Positions 49,360-61,474 are shown, numbered from the stretch's first letter. The stretch: DNA of 64,000 nucleotides from Polyangiales bacterium (GCA_044229975.1 JBGARZ010000021.1:64001-128000); one strand, 5' to 3'. A program made the numbers and translations. The notes: a model not told the origin generated them from the letters alone.

Positions 49360-50553
49360 GTGACGACCCGCCGCAAACCCACGACCGACGACGCACCCCG
49401 CCTCCGCGTCGTCGATGACATCGGCTCCATGGCCGAGTCTGCGTGGGACGCCCTCCTCGACGACGCCTGCACTCCCTTCCAGAAGCACCGCTGGCTCCAC
49501 GCGCTCGAACGCGAGCGCTGCGCCCACGAGTCCACCGGGTGGCACCCGCGACACCTCACGCTCTGGCGCGGTGACACGCTCGTCGCCGCGGCACCCGCGT
49601 ACATTCGCGAAGACAGCCAGGGCGAGTTCGTCTTCGACCATGGATGGGCCAACGCGGCCCATCGCTCGGGCATCCGCTACTACCCCAAGCTCACGCTGGC
49701 GGTGCCGTTCACGCCCGCGACGGGGCGGCGCTTTCTCGTCGCCGCCAGCGAAGATCGGGCGGCGCTCACCCGCGCTCTGTGCGACGCCGCGGTCGCTCTC
49801 GCGCGCGAGGAGAAGCTCTCGTCGGTGCACGTGCTCTTCCCCACCGAAGAAGAGTCCGTCATCGCGGAATCAGTCGGCGCGATGACTCGCCTCGGAGTCC
49901 AGTTCCACTGGGACAACCCCGGCTACAAGACCTACGACGACTTCCTCGCTCGCTTCGACAGCAAGCGCCGCAACCAGCTCCGCCGCGAGGCTCGCGCGGC
50001 CACGGAGCAGGGCATCACCATCACCACCCGTCGCGGGAGCGATCTGCGCGAGAGCGACGCGGCGCTCGCGTATCAGCTCTACCTCTCGACGGTCGACAAG
50101 TTCGCGTGGGGGCGGCGGTACCTCAACGAGGGCTTCTTCCGTCGCGTGCTGCGGGAGTTCGGCGATCACGTCGAGCTGGTCGAAGCGCGGCAGGGTGATC
50201 GGGTGGTGGCGGGCGCCATCAACGTCGCGTCCGCCACGCACCTCTACGGCCGCTACTGGGGCTGCCTGGAGGAGTTTCCCTTCCTGCACTTCAACGTCTG
50301 CTACTACCACTCGATCGGTGAGTGCATCGCGCGCGGGGTGCGGCGCTTCGAGGGCGGGGCGGGCGGAGAGCACAAGGTCACGCGCGGGTTCGAGCCCTCG
50401 GTGACGCGCTCGTCGCACTGGGTGTTTCACCCCGGGCTCGACCGGGCAATTCGGGACTTCGTCGGGAGGGAGCGCGCGGCGATCGAAGCGGAGCTACCGT
50501 CGATGCGCGCCGTGGCCGGAATGAAGCCCTTTGCGGGCTCGTGCGCGCGGTAG
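49360..50553 (+). CDS. FemAB-like / DUF482 GNAT-fold protein
   Basis: SQGEFVFDHGWA, YYPKL...VPFTPATG, SSVHVLF, QFHWDN, LYGRYWG, LHFNVCYY, EGGAGGEHK. Confidence 0.9.
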   Translation: MTTRRKPTTDDAPRLRVVDDIGSMAESAWDALLDDACTPFQKHRWLHALERERCAHESTGWHPRHLTLWRGDTLVAAAPAYIREDSQGEFVFDHGWANAAHRSGIRYYPKLTLAVPFTPATGRRFLVAASEDRAALTRALCDAAVALAREEKLSSVHVLFPTEEESVIAESVGAMTRLGVQFHWDNPGYKTYDDFLARFDSKRRNQLRREARAATEQGITITTRRGSDLRESDAALAYQLYLSTVDKFAWGRRYLNEGFFRRVLREFGDHVELVEARQGDRVVAGAINVASATHLYGRYWGCLEEFPFLHFNVCYYHSIGECIARGVRRFEGGAGGEHKVTRGFEPSVTRSSHWVFHPGLDRAIRDFVGRERAAIEAELPSMRAVAGMKPFAGSCAR

Positions 50554-50580
50554 CAGAGTCAGATCAAGGAGACGGCATCG

Positions 50581-50910
50581 ATGGCGCGGCGACCGAAAGA
50601 ACAGGACGACACCGGGGTCATCACCGAGGAGAAGGTGAAGGAGCGCGTCGAGCGCCCCAAGCTCTACAAGGTGCTGCTCCACAACGACCACTACACGACG
50701 CGGGAGTTCGTGGTGGACGTGCTGGTGCTCATCTTCAACAAGAGCGAGACCGACGCCCGGCAGATCATGCTGCACGTGCATCAGAAGGGGATCGGCGTCG
50801 CGGGCGTCTACCCCTTCGATGTGGCGCATACCAAGGTCGACAAGGTTCTGCGGCTGGCGAAGGAATACGAGTACCCATTGCTCCTCACTGTGGAGCCGGA
50901 GGACGACTGA
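50581..50910 (+). CDS. clpS: ATP-dependent Clp protease adaptor ClpS
   Basis: PKLYKVLLHNDHYTTREFVV, MLHVHQKG, YPLLLTVEP. Confidence 0.96.
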   Translation: MARRPKEQDDTGVITEEKVKERVERPKLYKVLLHNDHYTTREFVVDVLVLIFNKSETDARQIMLHVHQKGIGVAGVYPFDVAHTKVDKVLRLAKEYEYPLLLTVEPEDD

Positions 50911-50916
50911 AGCATC

Positions 50917-53244
<2,328 letters not shown>

Positions 53245-53263
53245 CGCGACCGACCGCGTCGCT

Positions 53264-54766
53264 TCAGTAACCCAGCACCATCCAGCTACGCGGACCCTCG
53301 CGCTCCCGACGACGAACCGTCGGGTGCGCGGGCGCGGGCTCCCTCGCGCTGAGCGTCGTCGGCGCGGGGGATCGCACAGCGACCGGTGCCGCGGGACGCA
53401 CCGGCGCGACGACGGGGACACGCGCGACGATCGGTGCGGGCGTCGGTGGCGGCGCAGGCGGCGGAGCAAACACGATCGGCTGCGGCGCGGGCTGCGGCGC
53501 GACCACGGGCGGCGGCGGCAACGGGGGCGGTGGTGCTGGCGGCGTTGCCATCGGCGGCTGCGGGACGACGGCGACGACGGCGGGCGTCGCGAGGCTGCGG
53601 ACATAGAGCGCGGCGGCGGCACCGGCCATCAACAGGGTCATCACCAGCGCGCCCGCGGCGACCATCATCCATCGGCGGCTCGACGGCGGTGACTCCGCGA
53701 ACGGCGCAACGGGTGGCACCTCCATCGCGACGGTTCGCGACTCCAACGAGGCTGAGTGGGCCTCGACGTCGGGCACGACGAAGGTCTCCGCGAGGCGCGG
53801 CGTGATGGGCCCCGCGGGCGCCGACGTCACCGGGCTCCACTGGTGCACCGTCTGCACGAAGCTGCCTTCGGTCGCGTAGAAGCCCTCCCACTGGGCCTGC
53901 GCGCCGACGCTCGCAAACGGGCGCAGCCCCTCTCCGAACGCACGCGCCGTGGGCCAGCGGTCGACGGGGTTGCGCTCCATCGCGCGCGACAGGACGGCTT
54001 CGAGCCCATCGGGCATCGCCGGGTTGGCCGCACGCAGCCGTGGCAACGGGCCGGTGGCGATGGCGTTGAGGATCTCCAGCAGCGTCGTCCCCGCGAAGGG
54101 ACAGCGGCCCGTGAGGCACTCGAAGAGGATCACCGCGAGCGTCCACTGGTCGCTCGGCGCGTCGACGTCGCGCGCCTCCTGGGCCTGCTCGGGGGACATG
54201 TACGAGGGCGTTCCGACCATCGCGCGGGTCATCGTCAGCGCGCGGCCCGCGTCGCGAACCTTCACCACGCCGAAGTCGAGCAGCTTGGGCTGCGTCGCGC
54301 CCGTGGCGGTGCGCGCGAGGAAGATGTTGTCGGGCTTCAGGTCGCGATGAACGATGCCGCGACCGTGCACCGCGGATACGGCGGAGGTCACGGCGAGCAT
54401 GAGGTCGACCGCCTGGGCCACGGGGATGACCCCCTCGCGCTCCAGCTTGTCGGCGAGCGTCTCGCCGTCGAGAAACTCCATCGCGAGGTACGGCTGTCCC
54501 TCGTGCACGCCGAGATCGAAGACGCCGACGATGTGCGGGTGCTCCATCTGCGCGACGATCTCGGCCTCGCGCAGGAAGCGCTGGAGCACGTCGGGGTACC
54601 GGACAAACTCGCGGTGCAGCACCTTGAGCGCGGTGCGCTTGCGCAGCGGCATGCGCAGGGACTCGTAGACCGCGCCGAAGGCTCCGGTGCCGAGCTGCCG
54701 GACGATCTCGTAGCCGCCAAACACCTGGCCCGGCTGCAGCTCGTCCCCTTTCGCCCTCGCGTCCAC
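53264..54766 (-). CDS. Membrane Ser/Thr protein kinase
   Basis: GTGAFGAVY, HRDLKPDN, DFGVVK, GTPSYMSPEQ; TM plus Pro-rich tail; start uncertain. Confidence 0.9.
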   Translation of the reverse strand: MDARAKGDELQPGQVFGGYEIVRQLGTGAFGAVYESLRMPLRKRTALKVLHREFVRYPDVLQRFLREAEIVAQMEHPHIVGVFDLGVHEGQPYLAMEFLDGETLADKLEREGVIPVAQAVDLMLAVTSAVSAVHGRGIVHRDLKPDNIFLARTATGATQPKLLDFGVVKVRDAGRALTMTRAMVGTPSYMSPEQAQEARDVDAPSDQWTLAVILFECLTGRCPFAGTTLLEILNAIATGPLPRLRAANPAMPDGLEAVLSRAMERNPVDRWPTARAFGEGLRPFASVGAQAQWEGFYATEGSFVQTVHQWSPVTSAPAGPITPRLAETFVVPDVEAHSASLESRTVAMEVPPVAPFAESPPSSRRWMMVAAGALVMTLLMAGAAAALYVRSLATPAVVAVVPQPPMATPPAPPPPLPPPPVVAPQPAPQPIVFAPPPAPPPTPAPIVARVPVVAPVRPAAPVAVRSPAPTTLSAREPAPAHPTVRRREREGPRSWMVLGY

Positions 54767-54900
54767 CTTCAGGTGCTTTCTCCGCCGCGGCAACCGGACC
54801 ACTCGTTGTGCAGTCCGAAGCGCTCCGTCACCATTCGCTCCGTCGGACGTCGACCGCGTGCCGCGACCGAGCGATCCGACGAACGGGAGTCTACACCGCG

Positions 54901-55035
54901 ATGAAGAACATCCAGCGTCCCTCACGGGTTCTGTCGGCGAAAGATCTGGCGCAGGTCGTCAAGATCGTTCGCAACCCCGCCGAAGCCCCGGTCTGCCAGT
55001 ACTGCCAGGGCAACTGCGACGGCGGCTGCTTCTAG
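54901..55035 (+). CDS. Small peptide (44 aa) with Cys-rich C-terminus
   Basis: GGGAG at 54885-54889; MKNIQRPSRVLSAKDLAQVVKIVRNPAEAPVCQYCQGNCDGGCF; sits in an intergenic gap with mostly C/G-ending codons. Confidence 0.62.
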   Translation: MKNIQRPSRVLSAKDLAQVVKIVRNPAEAPVCQYCQGNCDGGCF

Positions 55036-55048
55036 TCTCCCACCGCCC

Positions 55049-56371
55049 TCACCGCGGGCGGTAGCTCCTCGTCACGTCCACTCCATCCGCGCGTAGCCGA
55101 GCTTCATCGGCCGTCGCCGCGACGCTCCCGGCGGGCGCCTGGTACCAGCCGTCGGGGTCGGCCGTCGCCACGTCGTCGCGCACCTTGAGCACGGTGAACA
55201 TCCCGCCCATGTCGATGTACGCGTAGGGCCCCGGGCCGCCGCGCATCGGTAGCGTGTTGGGGGGAATCTCCATCCGCATCTCGCCCATACCCCCCATGCC
55301 CGTGTGGCCCATGGTCATGTACTCGGGCATCGAGCGACTCAACCTTCGCTCGACGGTTCGCGGGTTCATCCCGACCATGTTGGGGAGGTTGTGTGCCATC
55401 TGCATCATCACGTGGTGCGTCATGTGGCAGTGCATCGCCCAGTCCCCGGACTCCTCCGGGACGAACTCGATCACCCGCGTCGCGCCCACCGGCACCAGCA
55501 CCGTCGTCTCGGGCTTCTGCGCGCTCGCCGGGATGTACCCGCCGTCCGTCGCCGTGACGTGAAACCACAGGCCGTGGATGTGGATGGGGTGGTGATCCAT
55601 CGGCCCGAGGTTGCCCAGGCGGATGCGGACGCGCTCGCCGCGACCCACGACGAGCGGCGCCGTCGCCGGGAAGGCCTTGCCGTTGAAGGTGAGCACGTTG
55701 AAGTCGCTCATCGCGTTGGGGTCGGCGCGGCGGGTGTCGGCGTTGACCTTCCACTCGTGGGCCATGAGCACGAAGTCGCGGTCGACCCGCGGGCCGCGCG
55801 CGCGTCGCGGATGCACCACGATCATCCCCACGGCGCCCAGCGCGATCTGGGTCATCTCGTCGTAGTGCGAGTGGTACATGAACGTCCCGGGGTAGCGGAG
55901 CGTGAACTCGTAGGTCCACGTCTCGCCCGGCGGAATGGCCCGCTGCGTGAGGCCGCTCACGCCGTCCATCCCGCTCGGAACCACCACGCCGTGCCAGTGC
56001 ACCGTCGTCGGCTCGGGCAGCCGGTTGGTGACGTGGATGCGCACCCGATCACCCTCCACCAGCTCCAACAACGGACCCGGCGTCTGGCCGTTGTAGCCCC
56101 ACGCCTCGATGATCATTCCCGGCGCGATCTCGTGAGGGAACGACTCCACCACGAGGTGGCCGACCTTCACGCCGTCGACCACGCGCCACGGGAGCTTCGT
56201 CCCGTTGGGGTTGGTCACCTCGGGCTGCCCCGCGGGGAAGGGTCGCGCCACCGCCACGGGTGATGACGGCGCCGGCGCGGGGACGGTCTGCGCCTCGGCG
56301 TCGGTGCCCTTCACCAGCAGGCCCGCGGCGGTCGCGGTGGTGGTCGCCTGGAGAAACGATCGTCGGTCCAT
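55049..56371 (-). CDS. Tat-exported two-domain multicopper oxidase
   Basis: MDRRSFL Tat signal; HWHG, MYHSH, HPIHIHG, HCHMTHH; Met-rich C-terminus. Confidence 0.93.
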   Translation of the reverse strand: MDRRSFLQATTTATAAGLLVKGTDAEAQTVPAPAPSSPVAVARPFPAGQPEVTNPNGTKLPWRVVDGVKVGHLVVESFPHEIAPGMIIEAWGYNGQTPGPLLELVEGDRVRIHVTNRLPEPTTVHWHGVVVPSGMDGVSGLTQRAIPPGETWTYEFTLRYPGTFMYHSHYDEMTQIALGAVGMIVVHPRRARGPRVDRDFVLMAHEWKVNADTRRADPNAMSDFNVLTFNGKAFPATAPLVVGRGERVRIRLGNLGPMDHHPIHIHGLWFHVTATDGGYIPASAQKPETTVLVPVGATRVIEFVPEESGDWAMHCHMTHHVMMQMAHNLPNMVGMNPRTVERRLSRSMPEYMTMGHTGMGGMGEMRMEIPPNTLPMRGGPGPYAYIDMGGMFTVLKVRDDVATADPDGWYQAPAGSVAATADEARLRADGVDVTRSYRPR

Positions 56372-56374
56372 CGC

Positions 56375-57763
56375 TCAGTGACCTCCCGCGGCCGGGCCGC
56401 TCGCGCTCATCCCGCCCGTCGTCGGCATTTCAGTCATCGTCACCGAGCGACCTGCGAGCAGGGCGTCGACGGCGGCGGAGGCCGTCCAGTATTGGCGGCG
56501 GGTCTCGGCGCGGGAGAGCGTCGCGTCGAGCAGCTCGCGCCGCGCCTGCAACAACTGAAACACGCTCACCTGCATCGCGTTGTACTGGAGCAGCGTCTCG
56601 CGCATCACCCGCTCGCGCGCCGGGACAATGACCCCGTCGTATTGCCGTGCCCGCGCGTGCGTGGAGCGCAGTCGATTGCGCGCGTCGCGCAGGGCCGATC
56701 GCAGGTCGACCGCGCTCGCGTGGTAGCGCTCCAGCGCGGCGTCGAACTGCGCGCCGAACGCAGCCGTCGCGCCGCGTCGCTGATCGAAGACGGGCAGCGT
56801 CACGCGCGCCCCGCCGCCGAACTCGTAGCTGTTGCCGTCCTGCTCGGCGTGCGCGTCGACGGTGATGTCGGGCAGCCACCCTTCGGCCTGGCTCAAGCCC
56901 ACACGTCGCGCGAGGGCTTCGAGGTTGGAGCGCTGCGCCGCGAGGTCGAGGCTCGCCGTGAGGGCGCGGGTCTCGGTGACGCCGTCGAGCGAGAGCGCCT
57001 CCGGGGCCGCGGGCAGCTCGCTCGCGAGCGTCCACTCGGTGGCGTCGCCATGCAGGCCCAGCAGGCGGTGCAGGTGCTCGCGGCGGTCGAGGCGCTCCAG
57101 CTCCATCTCGGCGACGGTGATGCGCGCGGTCTCGTAGGCCGCCTCCTGCACCGAGAGGTCGAGCGTCGAGACGTTGCCCGCGCGATGGAGCGCCCGCGCG
57201 GTGTCGCGCGCCGCGGCGAAGGCGTCGAGGGAGCGCTGCGCCACGCCGAGGCGCTCTTCGGACGAGGCCGCCGCGTACCAGGCGGCGCGCACGGTGTAGC
57301 CGAGGTCGAGGACCGTTCCGGCGACGCGCGACTGGGCGGCCTCCAGCTCGGCGCGCGCGACGCCCACGCGCTGCGACGTGAGGACGGCGCGCGACAGGCC
57401 GAACTCGATGCGGAGGTCTCCCTGGAGCGGCTGCGCGCGATCGGTCTGGTAGCGGACGTCGAACTCCACCGCGGGGTTGGGCAGCGTCCCCGCCTGGGCG
57501 AGCCAGCCGCGGGAGATGCCGAGCTCCCGCAGCGACGCGCGCAGGTGACGGTTGTTGCGAAACGCGAGCGCCACCGCGGACTCGGCCGTGAGCGGCGCCG
57601 TGGGGGCTGCCTGCGCGGCGGGGTCGCCGTCGTCGACGGGCTCGTTCGCGAGGCGGCGGGGGAGGGACGCGCGGGTGAGCGATGCGACGCGGCGGAGGTC
57701 GGCGGAGTACGAGGTGGTCGCGCATCCGCCGAGGAAGAGGGCGAGGAGCAGCTCAGTGCGCAT
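56375..57763 (-). CDS. TolC-family outer membrane lipoprotein, copper-resistance operon type
   Basis: Lipobox LGGC; AGTLPNP, TLPVFD, LLQYNAMQVSVFQLLQAR. Confidence 0.88.
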   Translation of the reverse strand: MRTELLLALFLGGCATTSYSADLRRVASLTRASLPRRLANEPVDDGDPAAQAAPTAPLTAESAVALAFRNNRHLRASLRELGISRGWLAQAGTLPNPAVEFDVRYQTDRAQPLQGDLRIEFGLSRAVLTSQRVGVARAELEAAQSRVAGTVLDLGYTVRAAWYAAASSEERLGVAQRSLDAFAAARDTARALHRAGNVSTLDLSVQEAAYETARITVAEMELERLDRREHLHRLLGLHGDATEWTLASELPAAPEALSLDGVTETRALTASLDLAAQRSNLEALARRVGLSQAEGWLPDITVDAHAEQDGNSYEFGGGARVTLPVFDQRRGATAAFGAQFDAALERYHASAVDLRSALRDARNRLRSTHARARQYDGVIVPARERVMRETLLQYNAMQVSVFQLLQARRELLDATLSRAETRRQYWTASAAVDALLAGRSVTMTEMPTTGGMSASGPAAGGH

Positions 57764-58001
57764 GGACGTGTCCCGGTGGTGGCGCAGCGGCGCCCGCGTC
57801 GACGGCGAGGCCGGTCCACGGGCCGACGGGTTCGCCCGGCAGCGGCGGGTCGCTGGTGAGCGCGACGGTGGGGTCGGCGACGGGGGCTTCGGGCGCAGAG
57901 GTCGCCACCGCGGCGCGCGCAGGATGGCGGCTGGGAACGCTCCGGCCCGCGCAGCCGAGCGCGACGACGAAGAGGAAGAAGAGGCGCGGTGGGTCGCTCA
58001 T
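57753..58001 (-). CDS. Small lipoprotein with His-rich tail
   Basis: Lipobox ALGC; ends GHVHAH; overlaps the TolC start. Confidence 0.65.
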   Translation of the reverse strand: MSDPPRLFFLFVVALGCAGRSVPSRHPARAAVATSAPEAPVADPTVALTSDPPLPGEPVGPWTGLAVDAGAAAPPPGHVHAH

Positions 58002-58020
58002 GGGTGGTGGTATCAGTGCC

Positions 58021-58046
58021 GACGCAGCGGGCGCCCCGTCATTACA
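58021..58046 (-). promoter_or_regulatory. Putative ECF (CorE-like) promoter, leftward
   Basis: Minus strand TGTAAT (58046-58041), 16 bp, CGTC (58024-58021). Confidence 0.65.
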
Positions 58047-58060
58047 CCGACGGCGACGGC

Positions 58061-58086
58061 TGTAATCTCCCGCGAGGGTTTGCGTC
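58061..58086 (+). promoter_or_regulatory. Putative ECF (CorE-like) promoter, rightward
   Basis: TGTAAT (58061-58066), 16 bp, CGTC (58083-58086). Confidence 0.65.
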
Positions 58087-58136
58087 TACGGGGTCGAGCG
58101 CGGAAGGTTACGCGGCCGGAAGGTGTCGGTGATCGC

Positions 58137-58565
58137 ATGACGAAGCAGCGTGGACGATGGTTGGTGATGGTCGCGGCCCTGCTGGGTGCCGGCGTGATGG
58201 CTCCCGCGCTGGCGGGGGCGCAGACGCCCGAGGCGGCCGCGGTGCGTGAGGTCGAGGTGGTGGTCGATGGGGGCTACCAGCCGTCGCGCATCGAGGTGCG
58301 GCCCGGCGAGCGGGTGCGGCTGCGCTTCGTGCGCCGCGACTACGGCGGGTGCACGCGCGAGGTGGTATTTCCGTCGCTCAACCTGCGCCGCGAGCTGCCT
58401 ACCGATCAGCCGGTGGTCATCGACCTGCCCGCGCTCCCGCTGGGCGAGACCACCTTCCAGTGCGGCATGAACATGCTCCGCGGGTCCATCGTCGTGGCCG
58501 CCCCGCCGCCGCCTCCCGCGCCACCTCCGCCGGCCGTCGCTCCCGCGCGCCGACGCCCGCGCTGA
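58137..58565 (+). CDS. Exported cupredoxin-domain protein
   Basis: Signal peptide; VDGGYQPSRI, GCTREVVFP, FQCGMNMLRG. Confidence 0.88.
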   Translation: MTKQRGRWLVMVAALLGAGVMAPALAGAQTPEAAAVREVEVVVDGGYQPSRIEVRPGERVRLRFVRRDYGGCTREVVFPSLNLRRELPTDQPVVIDLPALPLGETTFQCGMNMLRGSIVVAAPPPPPAPPPPAVAPARRRPR

Positions 58566-58619
58566 GCTCATCTCGATGCGCGGGTGTCATCACCCGGTCC
58601 GATCCGCGTCGGCATTCGT

Positions 58620-60875
58620 ATGAACCCCGCTCCTCCCATCACTCCTGCCTCCGACGCCCGGGTTCAGCTCGCGGTGCTCGGCATGACCTGCGCGGCCTGC
58701 GTGGGTCGCGTCGAGCGGGTGCTCTCCCGCTCTCCGGGCGTTCTGGATGCGCGCGTCAACCTCGCCACCGAGCAGGCCACCGTCGACTACGACGCCCACG
58801 TCACCGACCCCGATGCGCTCGCGGCGGCCATTCGTGACGCTGGGTATGAGGTTCCGCCGCGCGACCCGGAGGCGCCCGCAGGCGGTGATGCGCGCGCCCG
58901 GCTGGAGGCCATCGACGCGGCCAATGACCTCGACGCGACGCACGATCGGCGCGACCTCGCGGTGGCCGCGGCGCTGACCGTCCCGTTGCTCGTCGTGGCG
59001 ATGTCCCACGGGGCCATCCCAGGGACCGCGGGTTCGCTCGGGCGCTGGCTCCAGCTCGCGCTCTCGACGCCGGTGGTGTTCGGTCCGGGGCGGCGCTTCT
59101 TCCGGCTCGCCTGGGCGGCGCTCCGTCACCGCAGCGCCGACATGAACGTCCTCGTCGCCCTCGGCGCCGTCACCGCGTGGGCGTGGTCGGCGGCCGTCAC
59201 CGTCGCATCGCCCGCGTCGATGCACGGACACGCGCCGGTGTACTTCGAGGCGTCGGCGGCGATCGTGACGTTCATGCTGCTCGGGCGGTTGCTGGAGCGG
59301 CGCGCGCGTCGTCACCTCGGCGACGCGGTGCGGGCGCTGGTGGCGATGCTCCCGCCCACGGCGACGCGGTTGCGTGGTGGTGCGGAGATCGAGGTGCCCA
59401 TCGCCTCGTTGCTGCCGGGCGATCGGGTGCGCGTGCGTCCGGGGCAGCGCGTGGCGACCGACGGTGTCGTGTGCGAGGGGCACGCTACGGTCGACGAGTC
59501 CACGCTGACGGGCGAGAGCCTGCCGGTGGAGCGCGCCGTGGGCGACCCGGTGCAGGGCGGCACCCTCGTCGCCGACGGAACGCTCGTCATCGAGGTCACC
59601 CGTCGCGGCGCCGAGTCGGCCGTGGCGCGCATCGTCGACGCGATGGCCGAGGCCCAGGGGTCGCGGGCGCCCATCGCGCGGCTGGCCGACCGGGTGAGCG
59701 CGGTGTTCGTCCCGACGGTGGTGTTCATCGCGCTGGCGACCTTCGCGGCGTGGATGCTCCTCGGCGCGGGGCTCGCGGTGTCGGTGGAGCGCTTCGTCGC
59801 GGTGCTGGTCATTGCGTGCCCGTGCGCGCTAGGCCTCGCGACGCCCGCGGCCATCGCGGTAGGGACCAGCCGCGGCGCGGCGCTGGGCTTTCTCGTGAAG
59901 GGGGCCGAGGCGCTGGAGCGCGGGGCGAGCATCGATCGGGTGCTCTTCGACAAGACCGGGACGCTCACCGAAGGGCGCCTGCGCGTGGCGTCGGTGGTGA
60001 GAGCGGACGGGCGTTCGGAGGCGGAGCTCCTCGCGCTCGCGGCCGCGGTGGAGGCGGGCAGCGAGCACCCGCTGGCGCGCGCCATCGTCGCGGAGGGAGC
60101 GGCGACGAAGGCCGCGAGCGGGTTTGCGTCGACGCCGGGCGGCGGTGTCTGCGCGGTGGTGGATGGGCGGGTGGTGCGCGTGGGGACGGCGCGGTGGCTG
60201 CGGGCAGAGGGCGTCGACCCGACGGCGCTGGAGCGCGCGGCGCAGGCGGCGGCCGGGCGAGGGGAGACGGCGGTGTTCGTCGCGGAGGCGGAGGCGTTGG
60301 CGGGGCTCGTGACGCTGGCAGACACAGCGCGGGCCGAGTCGGCGGCGACGGTGAGGGCGCTCGCGACGATGGGGGTGGGCGTCGCGATGGTGACGGGCGA
60401 CCGCGAGGCGACGGCGCGCGCGGTGGCGGCGACGGTGGGCGTGACGGAGGTCTTCGCGGAGGCGCGGCCCGACGAGAAGGCCGAGCGGGTAGCGACCGAG
60501 AGGGCAACGGGGCGACGGGTGGCGATGGTGGGCGACGGGGTCAACGACGCGCCCGCGCTGGCGAGCGCCGACCTGGGCATCGCCATGGGCGGCGGGACGG
60601 ACGTGGCGGCGTCGAGCGCGGACGTGACGATCTTGCGCGGCGGGGTCGGCGCGGTACCGCTGGTGCTCGGCCTCGCGCGGGCCACGCGACGCACCATCCG
60701 ACAGAACCTCTTCTGGGCCTTCGCCTACAACCTCGTGGGCATTCCGCTCGCGGCGGGCGCGCTGGAGCCACTCACCGGATGGACGCTCTCGCCGGTGTTC
60801 GCGAGCGCGGCGATGTCGCTGTCGAGCGTGTCGGTGCTGCTCAACTCGCTGCGGCTGCGCGGGTGGCGGCCGTGA
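58620..60875 (+). CDS. copA: Copper-translocating P1B-type ATPase
   Basis: GMTCAAC metal-binding domain, TGES, CPC, DKTGT, SEHP, GDGVNDAP, YN and MSLSS (Cu+ type signatures). Confidence 0.93.
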   Translation: MNPAPPITPASDARVQLAVLGMTCAACVGRVERVLSRSPGVLDARVNLATEQATVDYDAHVTDPDALAAAIRDAGYEVPPRDPEAPAGGDARARLEAIDAANDLDATHDRRDLAVAAALTVPLLVVAMSHGAIPGTAGSLGRWLQLALSTPVVFGPGRRFFRLAWAALRHRSADMNVLVALGAVTAWAWSAAVTVASPASMHGHAPVYFEASAAIVTFMLLGRLLERRARRHLGDAVRALVAMLPPTATRLRGGAEIEVPIASLLPGDRVRVRPGQRVATDGVVCEGHATVDESTLTGESLPVERAVGDPVQGGTLVADGTLVIEVTRRGAESAVARIVDAMAEAQGSRAPIARLADRVSAVFVPTVVFIALATFAAWMLLGAGLAVSVERFVAVLVIACPCALGLATPAAIAVGTSRGAALGFLVKGAEALERGASIDRVLFDKTGTLTEGRLRVASVVRADGRSEAELLALAAAVEAGSEHPLARAIVAEGAATKAASGFASTPGGGVCAVVDGRVVRVGTARWLRAEGVDPTALERAAQAAAGRGETAVFVAEAEALAGLVTLADTARAESAATVRALATMGVGVAMVTGDREATARAVAATVGVTEVFAEARPDEKAERVATERATGRRVAMVGDGVNDAPALASADLGIAMGGGTDVAASSADVTILRGGVGAVPLVLGLARATRRTIRQNLFWAFAYNLVGIPLAAGALEPLTGWTLSPVFASAAMSLSSVSVLLNSLRLRGWRP

Positions 60876-60910
60876 GCGCGCGACGGGCTCTGGCGGTACA
60901 ACCGTCGACG

Positions 60911-61450
60911 ATGGAAGACCCGGTGATGACCTCCCTCCTCGCGGCGCGCGAGACCTTCGCGGGCTTCCTCCAGCGGCGACTCGGTGACGCGGCGGCGGCC
61001 GAGGACATTCTCCAGGACGCCTATGCGCGCGGGGTGCTGCACCGCGATGAGCTGCGCGCCGGGGAGTCGTCGCGTGCGTGGTTCTATCGAATCCTGCGCA
61101 ACGCCGTCATCGACCACCGTCGGCGCAACGCCAGCATGGGGCGGGCGCTCGACGCGCTCGCGGCGGAGCTCGACGAACCCGCGGAGACGCACCCGGCGCT
61201 CAAGGCCGTGGCGTGTCCATGCGTGGTGCGCCTCGCCGACGAGATGAAGCCCGAGTACGCCGACGCGCTCCGCCGGGTGACCGTCGAGGGCGTCAGCGTG
61301 AAGGACTTCGCCGCCGCCGAGGGGATCACCCCCAACAACGCCGCGGTGCGGGTCTTCCGCGCTCGCGAGGCGCTCCGGGAGCGGGTGCGCGCGTGCTGCG
61401 GCTCGTGCGCCGACGCCGGGTGTGACGACTGCACCTGCGCGCGATCGTGA
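60911..61450 (+). CDS. ECF sigma factor with Cys-rich C-terminus (CorE/ECF44-like)
   Basis: AEDILQD, WFYRILRNAVIDHRRR, CPC linker, VRVFRAREALR, tail CCGSCADAGCDDCTC; alternative GTG start 60872. Confidence 0.88.
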   Translation: MEDPVMTSLLAARETFAGFLQRRLGDAAAAEDILQDAYARGVLHRDELRAGESSRAWFYRILRNAVIDHRRRNASMGRALDALAAELDEPAETHPALKAVACPCVVRLADEMKPEYADALRRVTVEGVSVKDFAAAEGITPNNAAVRVFRAREALRERVRACCGSCADAGCDDCTCARS

Positions 61451-61474
61451 TCCGCTGATAACGTCCGCGGCCCT

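Noticed and set aside
45621..49673. 1350-aa minus-strand ORF, and similar long ORFs such as 995-3211, 39715-42588, 42245-44770 and 50494-53073
   Set aside because: Antisense shadows of well-supported genes (leuS, VIT protein, ligase, wzc, clpA); expected in high-GC DNA, with no recognisable motifs
59177..60910. Long N-terminal extension of the ECF sigma ORF (757 aa in the track)
   Set aside because: Overlaps copA in another frame; sigma homology begins only near 60911
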